Part shown: positions 35,759-44,540 of the stretch, piece after piece
Layout: each line of letters starts with the position of its first letter
Position numbering within the stretch: the first letter of the stretch is position 1
Assembly (NCBI GenBank): GCA_050740335.1
Contig: JBOICY010000486.1
Coordinates: forward strand, 1-44,540
Length of the DNA: 44,540 nucleotides
DNA from: Methylococcales bacterium
GTDB taxonomy: Bacteria > Pseudomonadota > Gammaproteobacteria > Methylococcales > UBA1147
Direction of reading: 5' to 3'
Notes under the pieces: model-generated
Seen by the model: only the letters and a program-made list of their open reading frames with translations
Databases searched by the model: none
What the model was told of the DNA's origin: nothing
Position numbers and translations under genes: made by a program

Positions 35759-36666
35759 CCAACGCGCTGATCATCTTCCTGGCGCTTGGACTCGATGCCT
35801 GTGTCGGCGAACCGCGCCGTTTTCATCCGCTGGTCGGCTTCGGACATCTGGCCCAGGCGCTGGAACGGCGTATTCATTCCGACTCGGTTGTCCGCGGAAC
35901 AATCGCCGTGTTGTTGCTGATCGCGCCCTTCACCGTGCTCGCGATGCTCATTTCCCGGTTGCCCTGGGGCACCGCGATCGAGGTTATGCTGCTCTACCTC
36001 GCGATCGCCTGGACCAGTCTCGACGAACACGCGGGCCGGGTGCGCGATGCCTTAATCGCCAATGATCTATCCAGCGCGCGGCAAGGGATTGGGCTGCTGG
36101 TCAGCCGCGATACCGCGGCGCTCGACCGTTCAGGGGTAGCCAAAGCGGTTGTCGAATCCGTTCTGGAAAACGGTAATGATGCGATCTTCGGCGCGATTTT
36201 CTGGTTTGTGGTGGCCGGGGCGCCGGGCGTGGTGTGCTATCGTCTCGGTAATACGCTGGATGCGATGTGGGGCTATCGCGATCCGCGTTATCTGCGTTTC
36301 GGCCGGGCCGCGGCGCGCTTCGATGATCTGTTAAATTTTCTGCCGGCGCGGCTCACGGCGCTCAGCTATGCCTTACTTGGTGATTTCAAGCGCGCGGTGC
36401 GCTGCTGGCGCATCCAGGGCGCCACCTGGAAAAGTCCGAACGCCGGACCGGTAATGGCCGCTGGCGCGGGAAGTCTCGGTGTAGTGCTCGGCGGAGCGGC
36501 GGTTTATCACGGATTGGCACAGATACGCCCGGCGCTCGGTGAAGGACAAACGGCCGATGCCGATGATATCGACCGAGCGCTGCGCCTGATCCGGCGCGCC
36601 TTGCTGCTGTGGCTCGCGATTCTGGTTTCGGGAGGGTGGCTTGTCGATCATTGCACGGCAGCCTGA
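35755..36666 (+). CDS. cbiB: adenosylcobinamide-phosphate synthase
   Basis: MTNALIIFLALGLDACVGEPRRFHPLVGFG, membrane protein, about 303 aa from ATG 35755, which forms an ATGA overlap with the preceding ORF. Confidence 0.9.
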   Translation: MTNALIIFLALGLDACVGEPRRFHPLVGFGHLAQALERRIHSDSVVRGTIAVLLLIAPFTVLAMLISRLPWGTAIEVMLLYLAIAWTSLDEHAGRVRDALIANDLSSARQGIGLLVSRDTAALDRSGVAKAVVESVLENGNDAIFGAIFWFVVAGAPGVVCYRLGNTLDAMWGYRDPRYLRFGRAAARFDDLLNFLPARLTALSYALLGDFKRAVRCWRIQGATWKSPNAGPVMAAGAGSLGVVLGGAAVYHGLAQIRPALGEGQTADADDIDRALRLIRRALLLWLAILVSGGWLVDHCTAA

Positions 36667-37684
36667 GCAGCCCGCCCTGTTGCATCATGGCGGCCGGCTG
36701 CGCGAAGCGGCGGCGCGTTACGCGATTCCGCTCGAGCACTGGCTCGATCTCTCCACCGGCATCAATCCCAAGGGTTGGACCGTTCACTCCGTGCCGGCAT
36801 CGGTGTGGGCACGACTGCCCGAGGACGATGACGGGCTCGAACAGGCCGCGCGCGAGTATTACGGGACCGAGCATGTACTACCTGTTGCCGGTTCGCAGGC
36901 GGCGATCCAGGCATTGCCGCTTCTGCGCAAACATTCCAGGACCGGTGTGCTTCACCCCGGCTACGCCGAGCATGCGCATGTCTGGCGGCGCGCGGGCCAT
37001 ACACTGGTACCGCTCACAGCGGAACGAGTGGACCAAACCTTGCCGGATCTGGACGTGCTGGTGATTACCCATCCGAACAATCCCGACGGCGCATGTTTTG
37101 CCATGCAACAGTTGCTGTACTGGCGTGAACAACTCGCCAAGCGCGGCGGTTGGCTGATCGTGGACGAGGCCTTCATGGACTCTACACCCGAATACAGTCT
37201 TGCCCCGCTGAGCCCTCGCGACGGCCTGATCGTGCTGCGCTCCCTGGGCAAGTTCTTCGGCCTGGCCGGCGCGCGGGTTGGATTCGTATGCGCACAGCCC
37301 GACATTTTGACGCGAGCTCATGCCTTCCTAGGGCCATGGACCATCAGCGCGCCCGCCCGCCTGGTCGCCACCGCGGCGCTCCGGGATCGCGCGTGGCAAT
37401 ACGCCATGCGCGATAGTCTTCTCCACGATAGTATCCGCCTGCGCAGCTTACTCGCCCGGCACGGGCTTGCACCCGATGGCGGATCTGCGCTGTTTCAGTG
37501 GCTAGCTACGCAGCGGGCGGGCTGTCTACATGAAGATCTTGCGCGACGGGCGATTCTTAGCCGCCTTTTCACCAATCCTCCTGGACTGCGTTTCGGCCTA
37601 CCCGGAACCGAAGCGGGGTGGGAACGATTGGATACGGCGCTGGCCGACTTCAATAGACTTGCTTGCGCGAATACCCCGGTATGA
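36641..37684 (+). CDS. cobD: threonine-phosphate decarboxylase (class I/II aminotransferase fold; CobD in Salmonella naming, CobC in Pseudomonas naming)
   Basis: [28 protein letters not shown] ... [17 protein letters not shown] carries the PLP lysine motif. TTG 36641 is preceded by GGAGGG. Confidence 0.85.
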   Translation: MSIIARQPEQPALLHHGGRLREAAARYAIPLEHWLDLSTGINPKGWTVHSVPASVWARLPEDDDGLEQAAREYYGTEHVLPVAGSQAAIQALPLLRKHSRTGVLHPGYAEHAHVWRRAGHTLVPLTAERVDQTLPDLDVLVITHPNNPDGACFAMQQLLYWREQLAKRGGWLIVDEAFMDSTPEYSLAPLSPRDGLIVLRSLGKFFGLAGARVGFVCAQPDILTRAHAFLGPWTISAPARLVATAALRDRAWQYAMRDSLLHDSIRLRSLLARHGLAPDGGSALFQWLATQRAGCLHEDLARRAILSRLFTNPPGLRFGLPGTEAGWERLDTALADFNRLACANTPV

Positions 37685-39156
37685 ATCACCGTACTTTGAT
37701 GATCCAGGGTACTACCTCGGATGCCGGCAAGAGTCTCCTGGTGACCGCGTTGTGCCGCTGGCTGGCCCGTCTGAATGTGCGCGTCGCGCCATTCAAGCCG
37801 CAGAACATGGCATTGAACAGCGCGGTGAGCGCCGACGGCGGCGAGATCGGCCGAGCCCAGGCGGTGCAGGCGCAGGCCTGCGGTCTGGAACCTCATAGCG
37901 ATATGAATCCGGTGTTGCTCAAGCCGAATACCGATGTCGGGGCGCAGGTCATCATACAGGGCCGCGCGCTCGGAACCATGAATGCGCGCGATTACCAGGA
38001 CTACAAACGCACGGCTTGTGCCGCCGTGCTCGAGTCCTACCACCGCCTCGCCGCGCGCTTCGAGGCGGTCATCGTCGAAGGCGCGGGCTCGCCCGCCGAA
38101 ATCAACCTGCGGCATAACGACATCGCGAATATGGGTTTTGCGGAAAGCGTGGATTGCCCGGTGATCCTGATCGCCGATATCGACCGCGGCGGCGTGTTCG
38201 CTCATATTGTCGGTACTCTGGCCCTGCTCAGCGACAGCGAACAGGCGCGGGTTCAAGGCTTCGTGATCAACCGCTTTCGAGGCGACATGGCCCTGTTGCA
38301 ACCGGGTCTCGAATGGCTCGAACAGCATACCGGAAAACCCGTGCTCGGTGTGCTGCCCTATCTGCAAGGCTTGCATCTGGAAGCCGAGGACGCGCTGCCG
38401 CGATCTGCTTCTTCACAGGAAAGCGAAAATAAGTTCCGGGTCATTGTCCCGGCCTTGCCCCGGATCAGCAACCACACCGATTTCGATCCTCTGCGCCTGC
38501 ACTCGCAAGTCGATCTGCGTTTTATCGGTCCACGCCAAACCATTCCGCCCGCCGATCTGATTATACTTCCGGGTTCCAAAAGCGTGCGCGCCGATCTCGC
38601 TTGGTTGCGGGTCCAGGGTTGGGAAAAGGTCATCCGGAGCCATTTGCGCTATGACGGCAAGGTCATCGGGATCTGCGGAGGCTTCCAGATGCTGGGCAAG
38701 CTGATCCATGACCCACATGGTCTTGAAGGCCAGGCCGGCAGCAGCGGGGGACTCGGTCTTCTGGATCTGGAGACGACGCTGGAACCTGAAAAACAATTGC
38801 GCAACGTAGCGGGCAGACTCGCGATCGATAACGCCGCCGTGACGGGCTACGAAATCCATGCCGGTCGAACCATCGGCCCGGCCCTGGAAAGACCAGCGGC
38901 GCGTCTCGGGCAATTTCCGGATGGCGCGCTCAGCGACGACGATCTGATCCTCGGCACCTATTTGCACGGTCTGTTCGAGTCCAGCGACGCCTGTCGCGCG
39001 ATCCTTAATTGGGCCGGACTGTGCGATGCGCAGACACTGGACTACCACCGGCTCCGCGAGACGGCGCTCGAGCGCCTGGCCGATGCCGTGAAACAGCATC
39101 TCGATACCAGCCGTTTGCTGGCACTATTGCGTCTGGAGTCGATGCCGGCGCGATGA
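37681..39156 (+). CDS. cobQ: cobyric acid synthase
   Basis: [18 protein letters not shown] ... [10 protein letters not shown] ... C-terminal GATase with [13 protein letters not shown] overlap with cobD. Confidence 0.95.
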   Translation: MNHRTLMIQGTTSDAGKSLLVTALCRWLARLNVRVAPFKPQNMALNSAVSADGGEIGRAQAVQAQACGLEPHSDMNPVLLKPNTDVGAQVIIQGRALGTMNARDYQDYKRTACAAVLESYHRLAARFEAVIVEGAGSPAEINLRHNDIANMGFAESVDCPVILIADIDRGGVFAHIVGTLALLSDSEQARVQGFVINRFRGDMALLQPGLEWLEQHTGKPVLGVLPYLQGLHLEAEDALPRSASSQESENKFRVIVPALPRISNHTDFDPLRLHSQVDLRFIGPRQTIPPADLIILPGSKSVRADLAWLRVQGWEKVIRSHLRYDGKVIGICGGFQMLGKLIHDPHGLEGQAGSSGGLGLLDLETTLEPEKQLRNVAGRLAIDNAAVTGYEIHAGRTIGPALERPAARLGQFPDGALSDDDLILGTYLHGLFESSDACRAILNWAGLCDAQTLDYHRLRETALERLADAVKQHLDTSRLLALLRLESMPAR

Positions 39157-39668
39157 ACTTTAAGACCCTGATCCTCGGCGGCGTTCGCTCAGGCAAGAGC
39201 CGGCTGGCCGAACGCCTCGCGACCGAGAGCGGTTTGGCCGTGACCTATCTCGCCACCGCCACGGCGCAAGACGAAGAGATGCGTGCGCGGATCGCCGCGC
39301 ATCGGTCACGGCGGCCGGACCACTGGCATCTGATCGAGGAGCCGATCCACCTTGCCACGGTTCTGGAAGAACACGCGGTAGCGGACCGCTGTCTTGTCGT
39401 CGACTGCCTGAGCCTCTGGCTCACCAATCTGCTCGGCGCGAACGACGCGGCTCTGTTCGGACGCGAGCGGAAATCATTGCTCACGGTGTTGCCAGCGCTC
39501 GCGGGACCGATTATTCTGATCAGCAACGAAACCAACATGGGGATCATGCCCTTGGGTGAACTCACCCGGCGCTACTGCGACGAAGCCGGACTCCTGCATC
39601 AGGAACTCGCCCGATGCTGCGACCGCGTCATTCTGACCGTTGCCGGTTTGGCCCGGGTATTAAAATGA
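39153..39668 (+). CDS. cobU: adenosylcobinamide kinase / adenosylcobinamide-phosphate guanylyltransferase
   Basis: [21 protein letters not shown]-loop, 171 aa. ATGA overlaps at both ends. Confidence 0.9.
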   Translation: MNFKTLILGGVRSGKSRLAERLATESGLAVTYLATATAQDEEMRARIAAHRSRRPDHWHLIEEPIHLATVLEEHAVADRCLVVDCLSLWLTNLLGANDAALFGRERKSLLTVLPALAGPIILISNETNMGIMPLGELTRRYCDEAGLLHQELARCCDRVILTVAGLARVLK

Positions 39669-40744
39669 GTAGTCGAATCAATAAAGCAGTGGCTTTTGAT
39701 TGGCTGAACGTCCGGGCAGCCGTTCCGGATTCTGATGCCCGGCGGGCCGCCGAGGCACGTCAGGCAATGCTTACCAAACCACCCGGCGCGCTCGGCCGTC
39801 TGGAGGACATCGCGGTCCGCCTGGCGTCGCTTCAGGGTACTGCGCGACCCGGGATCGAGCGCGTACAGATCACGGTATTCGCGGGCGACCACGGGGTGGC
39901 GGCAGAGGGCGTGTCCGCCTTTCCACAGTCCGTCACCGCCGAAATGGTGAAGAATTTCGCGCACGGCGGCGCGGCGATTAACGCGGCGGCCCGAATGATC
40001 GGCGCTGAACTCGAGGTCGTCAATCTGGGCACGGTACGAGATACTGCTCATTTAAAGGAGGTGAAAAACTATACCCTCGGCCCCGGCACCTCCAACTTCA
40101 CCGTGGAAGCGGCGATGACGGAATACCAACTGTCCTGTTCCCTGGCCGCCGGCCGCCATGCCGCCGAGCGGGCCCGGCTCGGCTGCGCACAGTTGTTCAT
40201 CGGCGGCGAGATGGGGATCGCCAACACCACGGCCGCGACCGCGCTCGCCTGCGCCTTGCTCGAAGAAAAGCCAGAGCGTCTCGCCGGCCCCGGCACGGGC
40301 CTCGATCATTCCGGCGTCGCCCACAAGGTACGAGTCATCCAGCGCGCACTGGATGTCCACGCAGGCCATCTCGATTCACCCCTGGAGTCCTTGGGCCGCG
40401 TCGGCGGCTTCGAGATCGCCGCTCTGACCGGAGCTTATCTGGCCTGCGCCGTCATGGGCCTGCCGGTGCTGGTGGATGGTTTCATTACGTCGGTCGCGGC
40501 GCTTGCGGCCGCCCGCCTGTGCCCAACCGCCGAGGCGTGGTTTCTGTTCGCGCACGTCTCGGCCGAACCGGGACATCGCATCGTACTCGAAGCCCTCGAT
40601 GCGCGGCCGCTGCTCGATCTGGGCATGCGTCTCGGAGAAGGCAGCGGCGCGGCCGCAGCCGTGCCGCTGTTACGCCTGGCCTGCGCGCTGCACAACGATA
40701 TGGCCACCTTCGCCGAGGCCAGTGTTTCAGAGCAAGCTACGTGA
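39665..40744 (+). CDS. cobT: nicotinate-nucleotide--dimethylbenzimidazole phosphoribosyltransferase
   Basis: [19 protein letters not shown] ... FAGDHGV ... GEMGIANTT ... [14 protein letters not shown]. Confidence 0.95.
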   Translation: MSSRINKAVAFDWLNVRAAVPDSDARRAAEARQAMLTKPPGALGRLEDIAVRLASLQGTARPGIERVQITVFAGDHGVAAEGVSAFPQSVTAEMVKNFAHGGAAINAAARMIGAELEVVNLGTVRDTAHLKEVKNYTLGPGTSNFTVEAAMTEYQLSCSLAAGRHAAERARLGCAQLFIGGEMGIANTTAATALACALLEEKPERLAGPGTGLDHSGVAHKVRVIQRALDVHAGHLDSPLESLGRVGGFEIAALTGAYLACAVMGLPVLVDGFITSVAALAAARLCPTAEAWFLFAHVSAEPGHRIVLEALDARPLLDLGMRLGEGSGAAAAVPLLRLACALHNDMATFAEASVSEQAT

Positions 40745-40783
40745 CTCCGACCGGGCTCCCGATCTGATAAAAGCGAGCACACT

Positions 40784-41527
40784 ATGTCCGTGTTTCACCC
40801 CTTCCTTTTAGCATTGCAGTTTCTAACCGTGCTGCCGGTCCAAATCAAAGATCCCCCGGATGGCGAGGCTACGGGGCGTTCCCTGCTCTATTACCCGCTG
40901 GTCGGCCTGCTCATCGGCGGATTGCTCACCACCTTGGCATGGGCAGGGAGCGAACTGCCGGGCAACCTTCAAGCAGCCACTCTGCTTGCGTTCTGGGTCG
41001 CGCTGACAGGAATGCTCCATCTCGATGGATTGGCTGACAGCGCCGATGCCTGGATCGGCGGCTTCGGTAATCGCGGAAAAACACTAGCGATCATGAAAGA
41101 TCCGTATTGCGGCCCCGCGGCGGTAGTCACCCTGGTGCTGGTACTCCTGCTCAAGTTCGTGGCGCTGGATCATCTCATGATGAGCAATGATCGGGACGCC
41201 CTGGTCACGGCTCCGATTCTCGGCCGCACGGCACTGGTGCTGCTTTTCCTGACGACGCCCTATGTCCGCTGCAACGGCATCGGAAGTCGGATCGCGGATC
41301 ATTTACCGCGTCGCGCCTGTATACTCGTTAGTCTTTTCACCTTGGCCGCCATTCCTTTTTTGATTGGATATCAAGCGGTCTGGCTATTCTTGAGCACCGG
41401 GATCCTGTTCTTCGCGCTGCGCACGCTGATGCTGCGGCGTATCGGCGGGACCACCGGCGACACGTCCGGGGCCCTGGTCGAGATCAGCGAAACAGTAACC
41501 TTATTCACCGCGGCGCTGATCGAATAA
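40784..41527 (+). CDS. cobS: adenosylcobinamide-GDP ribazoletransferase (cobalamin synthase)
   Basis: 247-aa membrane protein. LQFLTVLPV, HLDGLADSADA and GGTTGD motifs. Confidence 0.9.
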   Translation: MSVFHPFLLALQFLTVLPVQIKDPPDGEATGRSLLYYPLVGLLIGGLLTTLAWAGSELPGNLQAATLLAFWVALTGMLHLDGLADSADAWIGGFGNRGKTLAIMKDPYCGPAAVVTLVLVLLLKFVALDHLMMSNDRDALVTAPILGRTALVLLFLTTPYVRCNGIGSRIADHLPRRACILVSLFTLAAIPFLIGYQAVWLFLSTGILFFALRTLMLRRIGGTTGDTSGALVEISETVTLFTAALIE

Positions 41528-41621
41528 TGACGCCGGAGTTCTCGATGAGTACGCCGCCCAAATCAAACAACAATAGCGAGGGGGCACTCATCCAGGACGC
41601 CTTTCGCGGTAGCTACTCCGG

Positions 41622-42434
41622 TTATCCGGCGTACATCAGAATCTCACCCTTGTTGAGTTCCAGGGAATCGCCGCTCCACCTTTCATATTGACCATTGATG
41701 AACTCATCTTTGATCGACATGCCCAATTTGCGCAGATGAAATAAATAGAAACGGATGAAATCGGGCTGGATGGTCGAGTTATAGGTAAAGGTCGGCAACA
41801 CTTCGGTGCGCTCCATCGCGATGATGGAACCTCGAACCATCCCGGCGCCGGGCCGCATTCCGAGTCTGCCCAGCACGATGATCGATCCGGCCAGCATATT
41901 CACGCCGGTAAAATCGTGGGTATTGCCGCCGACCGCGATCAGCCCGCGACGCATGCCATTCCCCACTTCATTCAGCGCATTGCCATGGATGATGATTTCC
42001 CCGCCCTGAACGCCGGCGGAACTTCCGCGTATCGCGCTTCCGACCATGTGTCCGGCATTGCCGGTGATGACTATGCGGCCTCCGGACATTTCACGGCCGA
42101 GCCAATCCGCGGCATCTCCGTTGACATGGATCTCCCCGCCTTTCATCGAAGCGCCCAGATGCGCGCCGACACTGCCGTGGATCACCAGACGGCCAGCGCT
42201 CATCGAATGGCCGATCAGCTTGACGCGCGATAAATCTCCCTCGACTTCCACCAAGCCATCGGATTCGTCGACCCGGCCCGATATCTCAAAAAATTCGCCC
42301 AACGAAACCTTTCGGTTGCCGTGGTAGACCGGCAGAAGGGCCGCCTCGGATTCCGACAAGCCCTTCAGCGCATCCGTGGAAATCACCTCGGCTTCCAAGG
42401 GAACTTCGGGTATTGTGTGTAACCTCAGTTTCAT
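41622..42434 (-). CDS. fhcC: formylmethanofuran dehydrogenase subunit C homologue (Fhc complex)
   Basis: 270 aa with repeated GGxIxVxGxAGxxxG beta-helix units (GGEIHVNGDAADWLG, GGRIVITGNAGHMVG, GGEIIIHGNA). Confidence 0.85.
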   Translation of the reverse strand: MKLRLHTIPEVPLEAEVISTDALKGLSESEAALLPVYHGNRKVSLGEFFEISGRVDESDGLVEVEGDLSRVKLIGHSMSAGRLVIHGSVGAHLGASMKGGEIHVNGDAADWLGREMSGGRIVITGNAGHMVGSAIRGSSAGVQGGEIIIHGNALNEVGNGMRRGLIAVGGNTHDFTGVNMLAGSIIVLGRLGMRPGAGMVRGSIIAMERTEVLPTFTYNSTIQPDFIRFYLFHLRKLGMSIKDEFINGQYERWSGDSLELNKGEILMYAG

Positions 42435-43324
42435 GCTGCCCCCTGCACCAGTTCGTTCAGTCTGATTTTGTATTGCCCCAGATTACCGCCATAGTTCCCG
42501 GCCGATATCTGCACGATTCCATCGCGCGCGGCCGCGCGGATTCCGCGCCGCATCGATTCCCGGACGGAGGCTTCAGTCAAACCGTCGATCACAATTTCGA
42601 GTACGCACCGGACATCCTCGGGCAACGCGGTTTTGGGCGCGGAACCCCGAAGACTCGGGCAATAGGCATCATTGGTCGAAGCGGGCAAGGCTTTATATTT
42701 GGAGCCCGGTTTACTCCCGCTTCGAACGATGCCATCCGGAAAGGGTAAAATGACTCCGGGAATTCGCATCACCTCGGCCGCCGCTTCGGCGGCCTCGAGG
42801 GTGGTTCGCGCATCCCGGCCCAGAATCAGAATATTTCCGCCGCCGACAGCGGGTTGAACCCCGAAGGATTCATCGATTAAAAATTCTCCTTCCATGACCG
42901 GTATCCGCCATAACCGGCGGTCTCCGACCAGCTTGCTCGCCTGATAGCCGTCTCCGAAATAGCGCAGTTTCCCGCCCACAACGACCCTTTCACCGCCTTC
43001 GAGCCCGTTGAAACAGGCCGTGGTCGGACAGGTCATCACGCATTGTCCGATGCGTTCGAGCAAACGTTTCCCGACTCCATCCGGACTGAATCCGAACAGC
43101 AGCACGCTGACTCCGGGCCGTCCGTCCGGAGTCCAATCGGGCGCCAATTCGGCTTCGATGCCGGCCTCGCATTTGCAGCCGATCACCGAGGTCGCGAATC
43201 CCGTAACCGAACGCCCGGCCGCCAAGGCCCATTTTTCGTTCTCGGCCGTAATAACCATCCGAGATCCCCACATTTTGAATGCTTCGGCAAAGGTATCAAC
43301 GATTTCCGTGGATTGAATAACCAT
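42431..43324 (-). CDS. fhcD: formylmethanofuran--tetrahydromethanopterin N-formyltransferase
   Basis: 297 aa. VDTFAEAFKMWGSRMVITA ... GFATSVIGCKCEAGIE is typical of Ftr. It overlaps fhcC by 4 nt. Confidence 0.9.
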   Translation of the reverse strand: MVIQSTEIVDTFAEAFKMWGSRMVITAENEKWALAAGRSVTGFATSVIGCKCEAGIEAELAPDWTPDGRPGVSVLLFGFSPDGVGKRLLERIGQCVMTCPTTACFNGLEGGERVVVGGKLRYFGDGYQASKLVGDRRLWRIPVMEGEFLIDESFGVQPAVGGGNILILGRDARTTLEAAEAAAEVMRIPGVILPFPDGIVRSGSKPGSKYKALPASTNDAYCPSLRGSAPKTALPEDVRCVLEIVIDGLTEASVRESMRRGIRAAARDGIVQISAGNYGGNLGQYKIRLNELVQGAA

Positions 43325-43373
43325 GACTTCCCGCGATCTTATTTTGTTGTTATTGAAGAGCCCCTCCCTCGGA

Positions 43374-44540
43374 TCAAGTCATCGAAAGCCTGGCTTTTTC
43401 AATCCGCGGCTGGCACGGTATCACGGTTTCATGATCCCCGAGGTAACTCTCGTCGACCGCATAGTTGTCGAACTGAATCGTGTAATAGTCTTCGAAAAAC
43501 GGGCGCAGCGTATCTTCAATCGAGGGGTCATAGTCCGGCGCGACATGGTATATGCGCCCGTGCTGATCGTTTCGAAATTCGTGGTTATCGATAAATATGT
43601 TTCCGCTTTTCACCACATAACGGGCCGCGTTGAACATTTCTTCGCGATTCTCGTTTTCGTCGTAGATCGTGATATCGGCATCCGCTCCGATCCCGAGGTG
43701 GCCTTTGTTGGTCAAACCCAGGATTTTCGCTGGCCCGGCGCGCGTAATGATCGCGATTTCCTGCATCGTCATTTCCCGGTCGATGTCCAGGAGTTGGGTA
43801 TTCGCGATCGCTTTTTGATTGACCTGTCTGGCCTGCTCGTTACGGAATTCACGGTCCGTCAACAGCCGGATCAGTCTCGGATAATTCTCGAAGGAACCTC
43901 CGTTCGGATGATCGGTTGATAAGACCATTCGCCACGGGTCCTTGGACAACAGAAAGAGTTCGAGTCCGACCGCCCATTGCAGCGCGTGGGTATACACATG
44001 ACCCTGGTAGGAAAAGGGCAGAATTCCGCAGCTACTCTCGCATTCGGTGTCCGAGTTAATCCATTTTTTGTCGGTGATGCTACGCAGCAGCCAAGTCAGT
44101 GGCGCATCGCCGGTCATGATGGTCGCGTTACCGAACATCACCTGGCCGACATCGGCGCTGATATTGGGATTATTATTGATATACTCGGCAATTTCGGCGG
44201 CCTTGGAGGTGGGTTTCTCGCCAAGCTTGCCGCCGTAACTGTGAAACTGGATGTGAGTAATATGGACCCGCCGGCCTTCCGCGGTGCGCATGGTCTCCAG
44301 TGTCGTTTCGTAATTTCCGCTGTGGCCAAGATTGTTACAGTGAATATGAGCGGGATGAGGCAGTTCGAGGTCGTTACTCACATCGATCAGCGCTTTAATG
44401 ATTTTGCGCGGGGTCAGATCGAAACCGCTGATTTTTTGGTCGAGTTGATAGACGTTGGAATTTTTACGGCCTTTCCAGGGCTCATCCCCGCCCGGATTGA
44501 CCAGCTTGATTGCGTAGGCCTTGGTCGCATTCAACCACCA
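43374..44540 (-). CDS. fhcA: formylmethanofuran dehydrogenase subunit A homologue (amidohydrolase fold), N-terminus outside window
   Basis: Frame is open to the window edge. PHPAHIHCNNLGHSGNYETTLETM ... VHITHIQFHSYGG. Confidence 0.9.
   Translation of the reverse strand, partial: WWLNATKAYAIKLVNPGGDEPWKGRKNSNVYQLDQKISGFDLTPRKIIKALIDVSNDLELPHPAHIHCNNLGHSGNYETTLETMRTAEGRRVHITHIQFHSYGGKLGEKPTSKAAEIAEYINNNPNISADVGQVMFGNATIMTGDAPLTWLLRSITDKKWINSDTECESSCGILPFSYQGHVYTHALQWAVGLELFLLSKDPWRMVLSTDHPNGGSFENYPRLIRLLTDREFRNEQARQVNQKAIANTQLLDIDREMTMQEIAIITRAGPAKILGLTNKGHLGIGADADITIYDENENREEMFNAARYVVKSGNIFIDNHEFRNDQHGRIYHVAPDYDPSIEDTLRPFFEDYYTIQFDNYAVDESYLGDHETVIPCQPRIEKARLSMT

Noticed and set aside
1-44540. 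Scan for tRNA, rRNA, CRISPR arrays, integrases, transposases and toxin-antitoxin pairs.
   Set aside because: None was recognised in any intergenic region or ORF. Absence by eye is not proof; tRNAscan, Infernal and ISfinder-type searches would be needed.

Overview
GC-rich proteobacterial chromosome segment, probably from a gammaproteobacterial methanotroph or methylotroph, judged from the H4MPT-pathway fhcA-fhcD-fhcC genes at the right edge. Everything here is hand translation plus family recognition from memory; no searches were run.

Left part (1-20.3 kb): ordinary housekeeping genes. These are PCD, manC, ychF, a 1-Cys peroxiredoxin, ctaA, SPOR-coaX-birA, dctA, fbaB-pilZ, a rhodanese, an MCP-like protein and a CrtI-family oxidoreductase. 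Between them sit decayed accessory genes: a TIGR04222-like gene with a frameshift and an in-frame TAG, a split LytTR response regulator, and a MetF-like remnant. There are also several small repeat elements.

Centre (20.7-32.0 kb): the most interesting region, and I cannot map it to any named system.
- It is a nine-gene, single-strand, tightly coupled island.
- Gene order: coiled-coil protein, Clp-D2-type AAA+ ATPase, vWA-like protein, FGE-sulfatase-fold protein, polytopic membrane protein, NrdG-type radical-SAM activase, Zn-ribbon GTPase, HEAT-repeat membrane paralogue, GAP1-like protein.
- The two membrane proteins share a duplicated C-terminal module. Its CxxCG-x8-RRLIGIIG motif resembles the glycyl-radical C-terminus of class III ribonucleotide reductase, and one copy lies directly upstream of the activase.
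- Five of the nine genes carry frame disruptions, some in or near homopolymer tracts. About thirty flanking genes show none.

Right part (32.5-44.5 kb): a cobalamin riboswitch and the operon cobO-cobB-bluB-(mini ORF)-cbiB-cobD-cobQ-cobU-cobT-cobS, joined largely by ATGA overlaps, followed by the convergent fhc genes.

I recognised no rRNA, tRNA, CRISPR array, transposase or integrase. Coordinates I derived by hand may be off by 1-2 nt.
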